Positions 17,279 through 27,122 of a stretch of 62,121 nt of DNA are shown piece by piece; the stretch's first letter is position 1, and the number at the start of each line of letters is the position of its first letter. The notes under the pieces were generated by a model that saw only the letters and a program-made list of their open reading frames with translations, had not been told where the DNA came from and made no database searches. The translations under genes were made by a program, and so were the position numbers. This DNA is from Pseudomonadota bacterium (lineage in GTDB: Bacteria > Myxococcota_A > Polyangia > Fen-1088), in the NCBI GenBank assembly GCA_017881315.1, contig JADGRB010000002.1, forward strand, positions 1-62,121, written 5' to 3'.

Positions 17279-18213
17279 GGCGCCGGGGTGCCGCCGGCGG
17301 GCGCCTCGCGGCGAATCCGATCGTGGTAGCGATCCGCCGCGCGGCGCTTGCCCATCAGCAACGATTCGCGCTCGAAGCGCCTCAGATAGTCGAGGTAGGC
17401 CTGATCTTCCATGCGCGGCGCCTTCTCGAGGCTGGCCTGGATGTAGCCCCAGAGGATGCCCACCCCGCTCAGCAGGTAGGGCCGCTCCGCCATACGGTAG
17501 AGGGCCACCGCCGCGATGTAGCTGGGCGCCGAGCCCATGAAGTATTTCCCGCGGCCCCAGCGCTTGCGCCCGTTCCACAGGCTGATGTGGCTCGATCCCA
17601 TCTGCCGCAGGTGAATGATGCGCAGCTCGGGATCGTTCACCGATCGGGCCACCCACCCGCGCATGCGGCACATGTGGCCGTCGATGCCGTCCCAGCAGAC
17701 CTCGCGGACGAACCCGCCGATCGCCTTGAAGCAGGCCACCCGATAGAACTTCACCGGGCCGACCGAGTTCTCGTCCCCGGTGCGCTCGACGACCTCCTTG
17801 TTTCCGAAACGCAGGTGGAGCTTGCCCGACAGCGTCCCGAGCCAGGGATCCGCCTCGAAGAGCTCCATGGTCCGCTCGAAGTAGCGGGGCGGCATCTCCA
17901 GGTCACAGTCGAACTTGCAGAGGTAGTCGTAATCGTCGAGGTTGACCTTCGAGAGGCCGTGGTAGAGCGCGTCGATGACGCCCGGGCCCACCGACCGGTG
18001 GCCGCGGTTCTCGCGCCGCACCACCTCGATGTAGGGATATTTGGCGGCGGCCCGGGCCAGAATCTCGGGCGTGGCGTCGGTCGATCCGTCGTCGACGATC
18101 AACCACTTGGTGGGCAGAACCGTCTGCGCGGCCACGGTGTCGATCGTGATCTGCAGGTAGTCCGCTTCGTCGCGACAGGGCGATATGAGGAGATAGCGGC
18201 GGGACAAGACCAC
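17275..18213 (-). CDS. glycosyltransferase family 2
   Basis: 312 aa. Blocks: LLISPCRDEADYL, WLIVDDGSTDATPEIL, CKFDCDLEMPP. Confidence 0.85.
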   Translation of the reverse strand: MVLSRRYLLISPCRDEADYLQITIDTVAAQTVLPTKWLIVDDGSTDATPEILARAAAKYPYIEVVRRENRGHRSVGPGVIDALYHGLSKVNLDDYDYLCKFDCDLEMPPRYFERTMELFEADPWLGTLSGKLHLRFGNKEVVERTGDENSVGPVKFYRVACFKAIGGFVREVCWDGIDGHMCRMRGWVARSVNDPELRIIHLRQMGSSHISLWNGRKRWGRGKYFMGSAPSYIAAVALYRMAERPYLLSGVGILWGYIQASLEKAPRMEDQAYLDYLRRFERESLLMGKRRAADRYHDRIRREAPAGGTPAP

Positions 18214-20154
18214 CTAAGATAGTCCGATTCGGTGCTGGCGGCACCAGTGGAGCAGCACAAAGGGCGCCCAGATGCGGGACCAGTAGATCCCCGGCGCTCC
18301 CGCCCGGAAGGCACGCCAGAGCCGGGCCAGCGCCTCGCTGCGCAGTCCGACGCTCTCGACCAGCGCGCGATCGGCGAACAGCGAATCGATCTCGCCCGCC
18401 AGCTGGTCCTTGGCCCAGACCTCGATCGGAAGCACGAAGCCGGCCTTGGGGCGATCGAAGATGGTCTGGTCGAGCTCGGGCATCGCCAGCGCCTTGAGCA
18501 GTTGCTTCTTGCCGAGGGGGGCGAAGCGGGGCCGGTCCGGGACGGCCAGCGCCGCCTCCACCACTTCGTGATCGAGGAGCGGAACCCGAACCTCCAGAGA
18601 ATTGGCCATGCTCGCGCCGTCGGTGTCGCGCAGGAGGCGCTCGCCGATGAAGAGCGAGAGCTCGAGCAGGCCGACCGCCGCGAGGGGCGTCGCCTCGCGA
18701 ATCAGGTCGGCAAGCTCCGCCGCGCGCTCCGGGGGCAGCCCGCTCGGGGCCATCGCGAGCGTGGGGCTACCCGCCAGCTCCGCCAGGAACTCCTGCGTGT
18801 AGAGGCCGTAGGAGACTTGATAGAGGCCGAGCTCGTCGCCGCCGGTCGCGAGCACGTCGGCGAGCTTCCCCCAGCGGGTCTGGCGGGGGACGCCATCCGG
18901 GTCGCCCCGGTTCCAGCGTCGGACGAGATCCGCCGCCCGCGCCAGGATCGAGCCCGGCAGCAGGCCGGCGGCGCGCCCCACCCGACGTCCGCGCGGAAGA
19001 TCGACGAAGCTGCTGTAGCCCCCGAAGAGCTCGTCGCCGCCCGTGCCGGCCAGCGCGACGGTGAAGCCCGCCTCGCGGACCAGGCGGCTCACGAAGTAGG
19101 TGTTGATGGCGTCGAAGGTCGGTTGGTCCAGGCTGTCGAGGGCCGCGCCGAGGTCGCCCCGAAAGCGATCCTGGGTCAGCTGGAGCTCGAGATGTTCGGT
19201 GCCGAGCGCACCCGCGACCCGGCGGGCGTAGGCCGACTCGTCGAAGCCGGCCTCGGCGAATCCGATGTGGAACGTCTTGACGCGCTGGCCGCCCGCTCGC
19301 ACGGCCAGCGCGGTGACGGCGCTGGAGTCCACCCCCCCGGACAGAAAGACACCCAGCGGGACGTCGCTGACCAGGTGCTGACGGCTCGCCGAGTCGAGGG
19401 CCTCCTTGAGCCCCGCGATCGCCTCCTCTTCGGATTTCAGAGCCCGCGTTGGAAGCGACCAATACTTCTCCGGCCGGGCCTCCGACGAGTGCGCGGAATC
19501 CAGCGAGACCCGCAGCGACGCCCCGGGCGGCAGCAAGGAGACCCCGCGGATCGCCGTGGCGGGTCCGACCATGAATCCGTTCCACATGTACGTGGCGAGT
19601 CCCTGGGGATCGAGCTGCCGCGGCAGGAGGCCGGTGGCCAGGAGCGCCCGCAACTCGGAGGCGAAGAGCAGGACCCGGCCGCCCGGCCGCTGGATCGACG
19701 CGGTGTAGAGAGGCTTGATCCCCATCCGGTCGCGCGCCAGGAGCACTTCTCGCCGGCCGGGATCGTAGAGCGCGAAGCCGAACATGCCGCGCAGGCGACC
19801 GAGCACGCCCGCTCCCCAGCGCGCGTAGCCCTTGAGCAGGACCTCGGTGTCGCCCTTGGAGCGAAACTCCACGCCCTCGGCCGCCAGCTCGCGACGGAGC
19901 TCCGCGTAGTTGTAGATCTCGCCGTTGAACACCACGGCGTTCCCCTGCCGCGAGTCGATCATTGGCTGATGGCCGTCCGTCGACAGGTCGATGATGGCCA
20001 ATCGCCGGAAGCCCAGCACGGCCCCCGGCGTGCCCCCGCTCTGGAAAACACCGGAGTCGTCGGGCCCGCGGTGGGACTCGGCGTCCGACATGGCGCGCAC
20101 GGCTTGCTCGATCCCCGGATCGATCGCGCCGACGGCACCCGCTATTCCGCACAT
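18214..20154 (-). CDS. asnB: asparagine synthetase B-type glutamine amidotransferase
   Basis: Start set at MCGIAG so that Cys is residue 2 (Ntn glutaminase). Synthetase PP-loop is VFLSGGVDSS. The stop abuts the downstream GT2 start with zero gap. Confidence 0.9.
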   Translation of the reverse strand: MCGIAGAVGAIDPGIEQAVRAMSDAESHRGPDDSGVFQSGGTPGAVLGFRRLAIIDLSTDGHQPMIDSRQGNAVVFNGEIYNYAELRRELAAEGVEFRSKGDTEVLLKGYARWGAGVLGRLRGMFGFALYDPGRREVLLARDRMGIKPLYTASIQRPGGRVLLFASELRALLATGLLPRQLDPQGLATYMWNGFMVGPATAIRGVSLLPPGASLRVSLDSAHSSEARPEKYWSLPTRALKSEEEAIAGLKEALDSASRQHLVSDVPLGVFLSGGVDSSAVTALAVRAGGQRVKTFHIGFAEAGFDESAYARRVAGALGTEHLELQLTQDRFRGDLGAALDSLDQPTFDAINTYFVSRLVREAGFTVALAGTGGDELFGGYSSFVDLPRGRRVGRAAGLLPGSILARAADLVRRWNRGDPDGVPRQTRWGKLADVLATGGDELGLYQVSYGLYTQEFLAELAGSPTLAMAPSGLPPERAAELADLIREATPLAAVGLLELSLFIGERLLRDTDGASMANSLEVRVPLLDHEVVEAALAVPDRPRFAPLGKKQLLKALAMPELDQTIFDRPKAGFVLPIEVWAKDQLAGEIDSLFADRALVESVGLRSEALARLWRAFRAGAPGIYWSRIWAPFVLLHWCRQHRIGLS

Positions 20155-20279
20155 GAGGCGGGCAATTTGGTTCAAAGATGGTCTGAAGGCAATGACCGCG
20201 AACGCCGAAAGTTCGAATCGTCACGGCCGAAGACGATAGAGTCTGCGCCGAGCTCCGCCCCACCGACGAGACGGACGAG

Positions 20280-21698
20280 ATGGATCAATACAGCCTCATA
20301 GCCCGGATCTTTCTGGGCCTGTCGATCCCTCTGTCGATCGGGCTCTTCCTCTTCATGCGTCCGCAGCGCGCGGCGCTCGTCATCGTCCTCGGATGCGACA
20401 TGTTCCTTCCCGAGCTGGTGGACTTCAAATTTCCATTCATGCCGCCGCTCACGAAGCAGAACCTGCCTTACCTGTGCATCCTCATCGGGTGCCTCCTGCG
20501 GCGGCGCGCTCGGCTGCTCAAATTTCCGAGGGAGCGCTGGTTCCAGATCCTGACGGTCATGCTCATCGTGGGGGCGACGCTCACCGGGGTCTTGAACGGG
20601 GACCCCATCGTGGTGAAGAAGAATCTCCCCCCGATCGTGGGCCTGGGCATCAAGGACGGGCTGTACCTGGCCGCCTTGAATCTCAGTCAGGTCTCGCTGC
20701 CCTTCTTTCTCGGATGTGCGCTGTTCCGGACCGTCGAGAACTTCCGCACCCTCTTGCTGGGGTTCGCGCTCGCCGTCGTCTGCTACATCCCGTTCGCGTT
20801 GTTCGAGATCCGATTCAGCCCCGTGCTGCATTTCCAGTTTTACGGCTACGGCCAACACGACTACTTCCAGACCCTCCGGGCGGGCGGATTCCGTCCCATG
20901 GCGTTCATGGCCAACGGACTGGCGCTGGCGCGATTCTTGGTCGTGGGCCTTTGCGCGTCGTTCATACTCGGTCGCGCCAAGCGCAAGATTTACGGCCTGC
21001 CCGCGTATCTCGTTGGATCGGTCATCTTTGTCACGTTGGTCCTCTGCAAGAGCATGGGGGCGCTCGCGTTCGCGTTCGTCGCCATTCCGCTGCTCATGTG
21101 GGGTGGCCCCAGGCTGCATCTGCGAATCGCATTGGCTCTGGCTTCGTTCGTCTTTCTGTATCCGGTGCTGCGCACGACGGGGCTCTTGCCCACCGACACG
21201 ATCCTGGACGCGTCGACCGCGATCTTCGGGGCGGACCGGGCCGAATCGCTTGGATTCAGATTCAAGAATGAAAACATGTTGCTCGACAAGGCACGGCAAC
21301 GAATCGTTTTCGGGTGGGGCCAGTACGGCCGCAACTTCGTCGTCGACAAGGCGGACAACATTGCGATCCCCGACGGTTATTGGGTGATCCAGATCGGGCT
21401 GGTTGGCGTGTTTGGCTTCATTACCACCTTTGGCCCTTTGCTCATTCCGATCTTCTTGACCCGGAAACGAATCAAGCTCATCCTCGCGCCCGCCGACCGA
21501 AGGTTGGTTGGGGGCATGACGTTGATCATCGGACTGATAGCGCTCGATTGGGTGCCGAATGGTCTCTTTAGCCCCTATCCCTACCTCCTCGCCGGCGCCC
21601 TCACCGGATTGACGCGCGAGCTGATGTCTGCCAGGCCCGAGGCGGCCTACCAGCAGGAATACCTGCCGCAGCAGCGGGATTTTTTGGTGAGCTCTTGA
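20280..21698 (+). CDS. Wzy-like polymerase / O-antigen-ligase-like membrane protein
   Basis: 472 aa with about 10-12 hydrophobic segments. It is the only polymerase candidate in the locus. Confidence 0.6.
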   Translation: MDQYSLIARIFLGLSIPLSIGLFLFMRPQRAALVIVLGCDMFLPELVDFKFPFMPPLTKQNLPYLCILIGCLLRRRARLLKFPRERWFQILTVMLIVGATLTGVLNGDPIVVKKNLPPIVGLGIKDGLYLAALNLSQVSLPFFLGCALFRTVENFRTLLLGFALAVVCYIPFALFEIRFSPVLHFQFYGYGQHDYFQTLRAGGFRPMAFMANGLALARFLVVGLCASFILGRAKRKIYGLPAYLVGSVIFVTLVLCKSMGALAFAFVAIPLLMWGGPRLHLRIALALASFVFLYPVLRTTGLLPTDTILDASTAIFGADRAESLGFRFKNENMLLDKARQRIVFGWGQYGRNFVVDKADNIAIPDGYWVIQIGLVGVFGFITTFGPLLIPIFLTRKRIKLILAPADRRLVGGMTLIIGLIALDWVPNGLFSPYPYLLAGALTGLTRELMSARPEAAYQQEYLPQQRDFLVSS

Positions 21699-22948
21699 GC
21701 GGCGCCCCCCTCGACCCCGGGCGCGCCGAGCCGAGATTGAACATCGCGTATCTGGTCAATCAGTATCCGCACGTCAGCCATACCTTCATTCGGCGGGAGA
21801 TCGTGGCCCTCGAAGCGCAGGGCCTCACGGTGCACCGGTATTCCATTCGGCCCTCGCCCGAAGAGCTGGTGGATCCCGGCGATCGGGAGGAGAGCCTCAA
21901 GACCCGGGTGGTCCTCAAGGCGGGCGCGATGGGGCTCTTGTTGCCGCTGCTCCACGCCGCCTTGACCAACTTCCGCGCCCTCTTCGCGGCGTTGCGCGCG
22001 ACCGTCCGGCTGGGTCTTCGCTCCGACCGCGGGCTGCTCCGCCATCTGGCGTATCTCGGCGAGGCCGCCGTCCTGATTCGTTGGCTGCGGGCCGACAAGA
22101 TTCGCCACCTGCACGCGCATTTCGGCACCAATCCCGCCGCGGTGGCCATGCTCACCCGCATCCTGGGCGGTCCCAGCTACAGCTTCACGGTCCACGGTCC
22201 CGAAGAGTTCGATCACCCCGTGGAGCTGTCCCTGCGCGAGAAGATCGCCCGCGCGGCCGGGGTGGTGGTCGTGAGCGATTTTGGTCGCAGCCAGATCTAC
22301 CGCTGGATCCCCTATCCCGAGTGGCGGAAGGTTCGCGTGGTCCACTGCGGCGTGGACGCAACCTTCTTGGCGGCCGGTCCGCAACCGGTCGCGGACAATC
22401 GGCGGTTGGTTTGCGTGGGACGACTGACCGAGCAGAAGGGGCAGATCCTGCTCCTGGAGGCCACCGCCGCCCTGGCGGCCCGGGGCGTATCCTTCGAGCT
22501 GGTGCTGGCCGGCGACGGCCCCATGCGCGAAGTCATCGAGGAGCGGATCCGAGCGCTGGGGCTGCAGGCCCAGGTTCGAATCACCGGTTGGATCAGCAAC
22601 GACATCGTGCGGAGCGAGCTGCTGGCCGCCCGGGCGCTGGTGTTGCCCAGCTTCGCCGAAGGTCTGCCGGTGGTCTTGATGGAGGCGCTGGCCCTCGGGC
22701 GGCCGGCCATCAGCACCTACGTCGCCGGGATCCCCGAGCTGATCCAGGATGGGGTCACCGGCTGGCTGATCCCGGCTGGATCGGTCGACGCCCTGGCCCA
22801 GAGCATCGAACGGGTGCTCGAAACCCCCGGCGAAACCCTGGCGCGGATCGGCGCCGCGGGCGCCGCGGCGGTGGCGACCCGACACGACGCGAACCGAGAA
22901 GCCGCTCGCCTCGGAGAGCTGTTTCGCGAGGCCATCTCGGGCATCTAG
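21695..22948 (+). CDS. glycosyltransferase family 4 (WcaL-like, GT-B fold)
   Basis: Blocks: LNIAYLVNQYPHVSHTFIRREI, VCVGRLTEQKG, LPSFAEGLPVVLMEALALGRP. TTG start overlaps the Wzy stop (TTGA). An alternative TTG at 21737 gives MNIAYLV. Confidence 0.85.
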   Translation: MSGAPLDPGRAEPRLNIAYLVNQYPHVSHTFIRREIVALEAQGLTVHRYSIRPSPEELVDPGDREESLKTRVVLKAGAMGLLLPLLHAALTNFRALFAALRATVRLGLRSDRGLLRHLAYLGEAAVLIRWLRADKIRHLHAHFGTNPAAVAMLTRILGGPSYSFTVHGPEEFDHPVELSLREKIARAAGVVVVSDFGRSQIYRWIPYPEWRKVRVVHCGVDATFLAAGPQPVADNRRLVCVGRLTEQKGQILLLEATAALAARGVSFELVLAGDGPMREVIEERIRALGLQAQVRITGWISNDIVRSELLAARALVLPSFAEGLPVVLMEALALGRPAISTYVAGIPELIQDGVTGWLIPAGSVDALAQSIERVLETPGETLARIGAAGAAAVATRHDANREAARLGELFREAISGI

Positions 22949-24957
22949 GGCGTGTATTCGAACGGGCCGAGGTCCCAGCCCGATCCGACGGGTCGGGCCG
23001 CGCCCACCAGATCTTGATAGACCGGCACCATCGCGCCCACGTCGATCGCGGGGCTACCGGGGGAGAGATGGAAAGCGTTGGCGCCGGTGGGATCGGTCGC
23101 GATAAATAGCGGGTCGACGATCAAGCCGCCGGCCCCGATCGCGGCCGCGGGCAGGGTTCCCGACACCTTCGGAGCAAACATCAAATTGTGGTCGACCGTG
23201 TCCGTGCCCTTGTGATCGGAGACCAAGAAGCTCGACTGGGCGCTCGGCACCCCTTCGACGAAGATGTTGTTTTGCGCGATCAGGCTGCCGGTCGTGTTGA
23301 CGTGTACGATGGAATTCATATTGTTGTTCTTGTAGATATCGCCTCCCGTCGGCGGGAGAACGTAATGGATGTTGTTGTAGATCGAGACCTGGTCCACCCA
23401 ATCGGCCGCTATTCCGGTCCCCGCATTGCTGGGATCCTGGCCTTGAACGGCTATCGCGTTGAGCGAGTTGACGAAGATGTTGTTTCGCACGACCACGTGC
23501 TGGGCGGTGACGATGAACCCGGTCTCGTACGCGTATGAGGGCGGCCGCGGGTCGTACAGCAGGTTGCCCTCCAACAAGGCATTGCTGACATGTTCGTTGC
23601 TGCCGCTTCCGGAGGCATTCTGGGGGGCGAAATCACAGACTCGGTTGACGTGGTTGTTTACACAGACGATGTTCTGATCATCGCCGCGGAACGTAAACCC
23701 TTCCACCGCCCCATTGGTATCGTTGGAGAGCACGGTATTCTCGGCGAAATAGCTGTCGATGGCGAGCTGTCCCGCGGAGCTGCCGGTACCACCCTGGATG
23801 CGCACGCCGTGCTCCCCGCCCCCGAAATCATCGATCGTGGTGCCAATCATCGCGAAATGGCTCACCTTGTCGCCGTACAGGCCGTACCCGGCAAAGGTGT
23901 GCTCGTGGCAGTCCACGAAGAACACGGGATTCGCCGTCGCGTCGATGCCGAGGTTGATGCCGCCGCCGGAGACGCTATTGCCCAGCCCCTCGAGCTCGAC
24001 CCGCTCGACCAGCGTATGTGACGAGCTGTCGACCCGGATCCCGGTGGTGGCGACCCCGCCGCTCGAGAGCAGGTGCAGATCGGTCACGCGGACGTCCTGA
24101 CTTCCCGTGACGGTCAGCATGTTGGTGGCGGTGGTGCTCAGCACCGGCGCGGCGCTCGAAGCCGTGGACGGATCGGTGTACGCGCCGAGCAGAAACGGCC
24201 CCTTGACGGACACGGACACCGTCTTGCTGAGGCTGAAGGTGTCACCCCGCCGCAGGAGGATGGACACCTGCGCCGCCGAGTGGGTGAGCGCCGCCGTCAA
24301 CGTCGCCAAGGGCTGCGCCATCGTGGTGCCCGGGTTCTTGTCGTTGCCATTGGCCGCCACGTAGATCGTGGAGCCCCCCATGGCGGCGACGGTGATGGGA
24401 ACCGTGGTGGACCCCGCATGGCCCGCCAGATCCCGGACCCGCACCGAAACCTGGTAGGTCCCCGGAACCTCGAAGACATGAGCCGTCACGAAACCAATGG
24501 TCTGTTCGTGGGCTCCCATGGGGTCGACGTTGGTGGAATCGAAATCCCAACTGAAATTCGCGCCGACATAGTCGCCGCCCATGAGCCCCGTGGTTCCCGT
24601 GGCGTCGAAGAAGACCGCGCACGGGGCCGTGCAGGTCGTCCGCGACGGATTGACCGCCAATGTCAACGGACCCGTACAGGCGCTGGTGTCGTACCGACAG
24701 CTGGCCGCACAGGCGAGGGTGCCGCCCTGGAAACCGATCGACGTGCAGGTTCCGCCGTTTAGATTACCGCCTTCACAATCCTCGCCGGAATCGAGGTGGC
24801 CATTTCCGCAGGTCGTGTTGATTCCGCTGGTGCCAGCCGTGCCAGTCGTGCCCGCCGTGCCCGCCGTGCCCGTGAGCGGCGCAACTCCCACCTTGCCGGA
24901 GCAAGCCCCCGCGGCCAGGGCACAACAAACGAGCAATCCGTAGATCCGTCCTGTCAT
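22945..24957 (-). CDS. secreted lipoprotein: Cys-rich repeat + PKD-like domain + right-handed parallel beta-helix (pectate-lyase-like)
   Basis: Signal peptide/lipobox is MTGRIYGLLVCCALAAGAC. CGNGHLDSGEDCEGGNLNGGTCTSIGFQGGTLACAASCRYDTSAC resembles the myxococcus cysteine-rich repeat. A PKD-like block (FFDATGT..., GTYQVSVRVRDLAGH) follows. Repeated NN.F/NNI.. turns are typical of a beta-helix. Confidence 0.7.
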   Translation of the reverse strand: MTGRIYGLLVCCALAAGACSGKVGVAPLTGTAGTAGTTGTAGTSGINTTCGNGHLDSGEDCEGGNLNGGTCTSIGFQGGTLACAASCRYDTSACTGPLTLAVNPSRTTCTAPCAVFFDATGTTGLMGGDYVGANFSWDFDSTNVDPMGAHEQTIGFVTAHVFEVPGTYQVSVRVRDLAGHAGSTTVPITVAAMGGSTIYVAANGNDKNPGTTMAQPLATLTAALTHSAAQVSILLRRGDTFSLSKTVSVSVKGPFLLGAYTDPSTASSAAPVLSTTATNMLTVTGSQDVRVTDLHLLSSGGVATTGIRVDSSSHTLVERVELEGLGNSVSGGGINLGIDATANPVFFVDCHEHTFAGYGLYGDKVSHFAMIGTTIDDFGGGEHGVRIQGGTGSSAGQLAIDSYFAENTVLSNDTNGAVEGFTFRGDDQNIVCVNNHVNRVCDFAPQNASGSGSNEHVSNALLEGNLLYDPRPPSYAYETGFIVTAQHVVVRNNIFVNSLNAIAVQGQDPSNAGTGIAADWVDQVSIYNNIHYVLPPTGGDIYKNNNMNSIVHVNTTGSLIAQNNIFVEGVPSAQSSFLVSDHKGTDTVDHNLMFAPKVSGTLPAAAIGAGGLIVDPLFIATDPTGANAFHLSPGSPAIDVGAMVPVYQDLVGAARPVGSGWDLGPFEYTP

Positions 24958-25138
24958 GCGCGACACTTCGACACTCGTCACAAAACTGCCGACTCAACTT
25001 ATCCTCCGCGAACAGTCGGTGTCAATCGGCGTCACTGCGGTTTGCGCGTCCGTCATCGGACGAAGATGAGCGATTTTCTGCTGCGTGGCGCCCGGCCCGT
25101 GTCGGCAAAGCGGACGCTCGGTGGGATGTTGCCGCCGG

Positions 25139-26359
25139 TTAGACCACCTGGTTGGACGGCAATGGCGTCGGCATCCGGCTCGCCCGGCGGGGCGACAAAA
25201 ACGCAAACAATCCGCAAGCCAAGAGCTGCGTGACGAGCCGAAGCGGAAGCGGACCATCGGCGCGGGCGATCTGGAAGAGAAGCGCGACGGTCGTCGTCAG
25301 AAGAATGACGGTCGGGAGCGGGCGTCCGTGCGACGCCAGCGCTTTCATGCGGCGGTCGATCCACCTGGACGCGCCGAAGACGACCGGTACCAGCACCAGC
25401 AGCGCGAGCGGAAACGTCACGCCCGGTCTCATCAGGGATTCCGGGTGAAGACCCGCGATCACGGCGTAATGAACGGGCACCAGCACGAAGCTTGCGAGCC
25501 CCGGCAGAGACAGAGCTCCGATCGCCCCGGCAGACGCGCCGCGGACAACCGCCAACACCAGCGAGATTCCAGCCAGCACGGCCGCGAACCCCAGGATGCA
25601 ATAGGCGAACGACATCGCCCCCCACCGAAAAAAGGTTGCGTGGTGCTGGTACATGACCACGCACAGCCCCAATCCGACGGCGGCCGTGACGGCCAGGACC
25701 GACGCACAGCGCCCCCGCGTGGCGCGGATGCGATCGGCGTGGCGAGCCGCGAACCGGCCCACCAGCGAGCCGAAGAGCGGGTACGCCAACCACGGACAGA
25801 TCGGATACGAAGTGGCGATGAGCGCCGTCTTGCCAACCAGGAGATTCAGGCCTTGCGCGGCCACCCCGGTTCCGAGGCGCAGCCCCACCCGGGGCGCCAC
25901 CACGTAGCGGAGCAACAGACAGACCAGCGCCGAAACGGCGGCCACCGCCGCCGGCCACCGCGTTCGGTTCACGATCTCCACCACGACGGTCGACAGCGCG
26001 ATGAATCCCAGAAAGTCCATCCCGAGATGCTGGGTCGGTGAGAGCCAGAGCGTCGCATCGGCCAGGGTGAGGATGAACGCCGTGAGGAGCGGAGCGCGAA
26101 AGGGCCGCGACGCCCCCCCGGGGGCGGACTGGATGCCGCGCCCGATCCCGGTGACCGTGAAGAACAGGACCGGGGCCAGGCTTCCCACGAAGGTCAGCGC
26201 GCCGTCGAGCCCGCCGCGCTCGCCGTGGTCCGGCAGCCAGGCGACGCCGGCGTGGTTGACCACCATGAGGGCGCCCGCCAGCGCGCGAAGCAGGTCCAGC
26301 TCCGCCCAGTGGCGGGCGCTATGCGGCACGTCGGCGGTCGCCACCCGCGCACGATACAT
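25139..26359 (-). CDS. integral-membrane acyltransferase (DUF1624 / heparan-glucosaminide N-acetyltransferase-like or OpgC-like)
   Basis: 406 aa. N-terminal WAELDLLRALAGALMVVNHAG motif and about 10 TM segments. Confidence 0.65.
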   Translation of the reverse strand: MYRARVATADVPHSARHWAELDLLRALAGALMVVNHAGVAWLPDHGERGGLDGALTFVGSLAPVLFFTVTGIGRGIQSAPGGASRPFRAPLLTAFILTLADATLWLSPTQHLGMDFLGFIALSTVVVEIVNRTRWPAAVAAVSALVCLLLRYVVAPRVGLRLGTGVAAQGLNLLVGKTALIATSYPICPWLAYPLFGSLVGRFAARHADRIRATRGRCASVLAVTAAVGLGLCVVMYQHHATFFRWGAMSFAYCILGFAAVLAGISLVLAVVRGASAGAIGALSLPGLASFVLVPVHYAVIAGLHPESLMRPGVTFPLALLVLVPVVFGASRWIDRRMKALASHGRPLPTVILLTTTVALLFQIARADGPLPLRLVTQLLACGLFAFLSPRRASRMPTPLPSNQVV

Positions 26360-26464
26360 CAGTCTGTCGCCCCGCCGATCGCGGGGGCGCTCGAATCACC
26401 TACACCGCAGACGATCGCCTCGCGCTTGAATCTACCGGCGCCGCAGAGTAGGAGAGAAAACTCC

Positions 26465-27088
26465 ATGTCGGGGGCGATCCGAGGACTCCTTCGCGCGCTG
26501 GCGCTGCGGCGAGGTCGATTCACCTCTCTGTTTCTCCGTTTCGGTGCGCCGACCCCGATCGAGTACGCGGACATCTTGCGCCGGAGCGGCCGGTTTCAGT
26601 CCATCGGGCGGGACGTCGGCATCGTCTACGGAACCGAGATCCTGGATCCGGCCTACGTCCGGATCGGAAACAACGTCCTGCTCGCCAACTGCACGCTGGT
26701 GGGTCACGACGGATCGGTGGAGGTCCTGAACCGCGCCTACGGCGTCAAGCTGGACGCCGTCGGGAAGATCGACATTCGAGACAACGTGTTCATCGGGCAT
26801 CGGGCGATCATCCTGCCGGGCGTCACGATCGGTCCGAACGCGCTGGTCGCGGCCGGCGCCGTCGTGACCAAGGACGTGCCGCCCGACTCGGCGGTGGGCG
26901 GCGTGCCGGCCCGCCACATCGGCAGCGTCGCGGAGATCGTGCGCCGCAGGGAAAAGGAGACCGCCGAGCTCCCCTGGGCCGATCTCATCGCGCAGCGGGT
27001 GGGCGCGTTTGATCCGACGTTGGAACCGGAGCTGGTCCGGCGACGGGTCGAGCACTTCTACGGCCCGGCGAAGACCGACGACAAATGA
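26465..27088 (+). CDS. hexapeptide-repeat (LbH) acetyltransferase
   Basis: ATG at 26465 inside ORF 26225..27088. Blocks: IGNNVLLANCTLVGH, IRDNVFIGHRAIILPGVTIGPNALVAAGAVVTKDVP. Confidence 0.85.
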   Translation: MSGAIRGLLRALALRRGRFTSLFLRFGAPTPIEYADILRRSGRFQSIGRDVGIVYGTEILDPAYVRIGNNVLLANCTLVGHDGSVEVLNRAYGVKLDAVGKIDIRDNVFIGHRAIILPGVTIGPNALVAAGAVVTKDVPPDSAVGGVPARHIGSVAEIVRRREKETAELPWADLIAQRVGAFDPTLEPELVRRRVEHFYGPAKTDDK

Positions 27089-27122
27089 GTCGCGCGGAAC
27101 CCGAACCTCGACGCGCCGACGG

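Noticed and set aside
15388-18222. Very long ORFs in the track, for example 15388..18222 (944 aa), 18232..20301 (689 aa), 26985..29048 (687 aa), 12047..13936 (629 aa), 37764..39530 (588 aa), 171..1415 and 4212..5180.
   Set aside because: Their translations are Arg/Pro/Gly/Ala-rich low-complexity strings without recognisable motifs. They lie antisense or out of frame to genes with clear family signatures. This is the usual open-frame artefact of high-G+C DNA.
18214-20154. AsnB homologue considered as a lasso-peptide cyclase partner for the RRE-like and transglutaminase-like proteins.
   Set aside because: It retains the N-terminal Met-Cys glutaminase nucleophile and full length of a genuine glutamine-dependent amidotransferase. 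It lies about 26 kb away in a different operon flanked by glycosyltransferases. A sugar-amidating role fits better.
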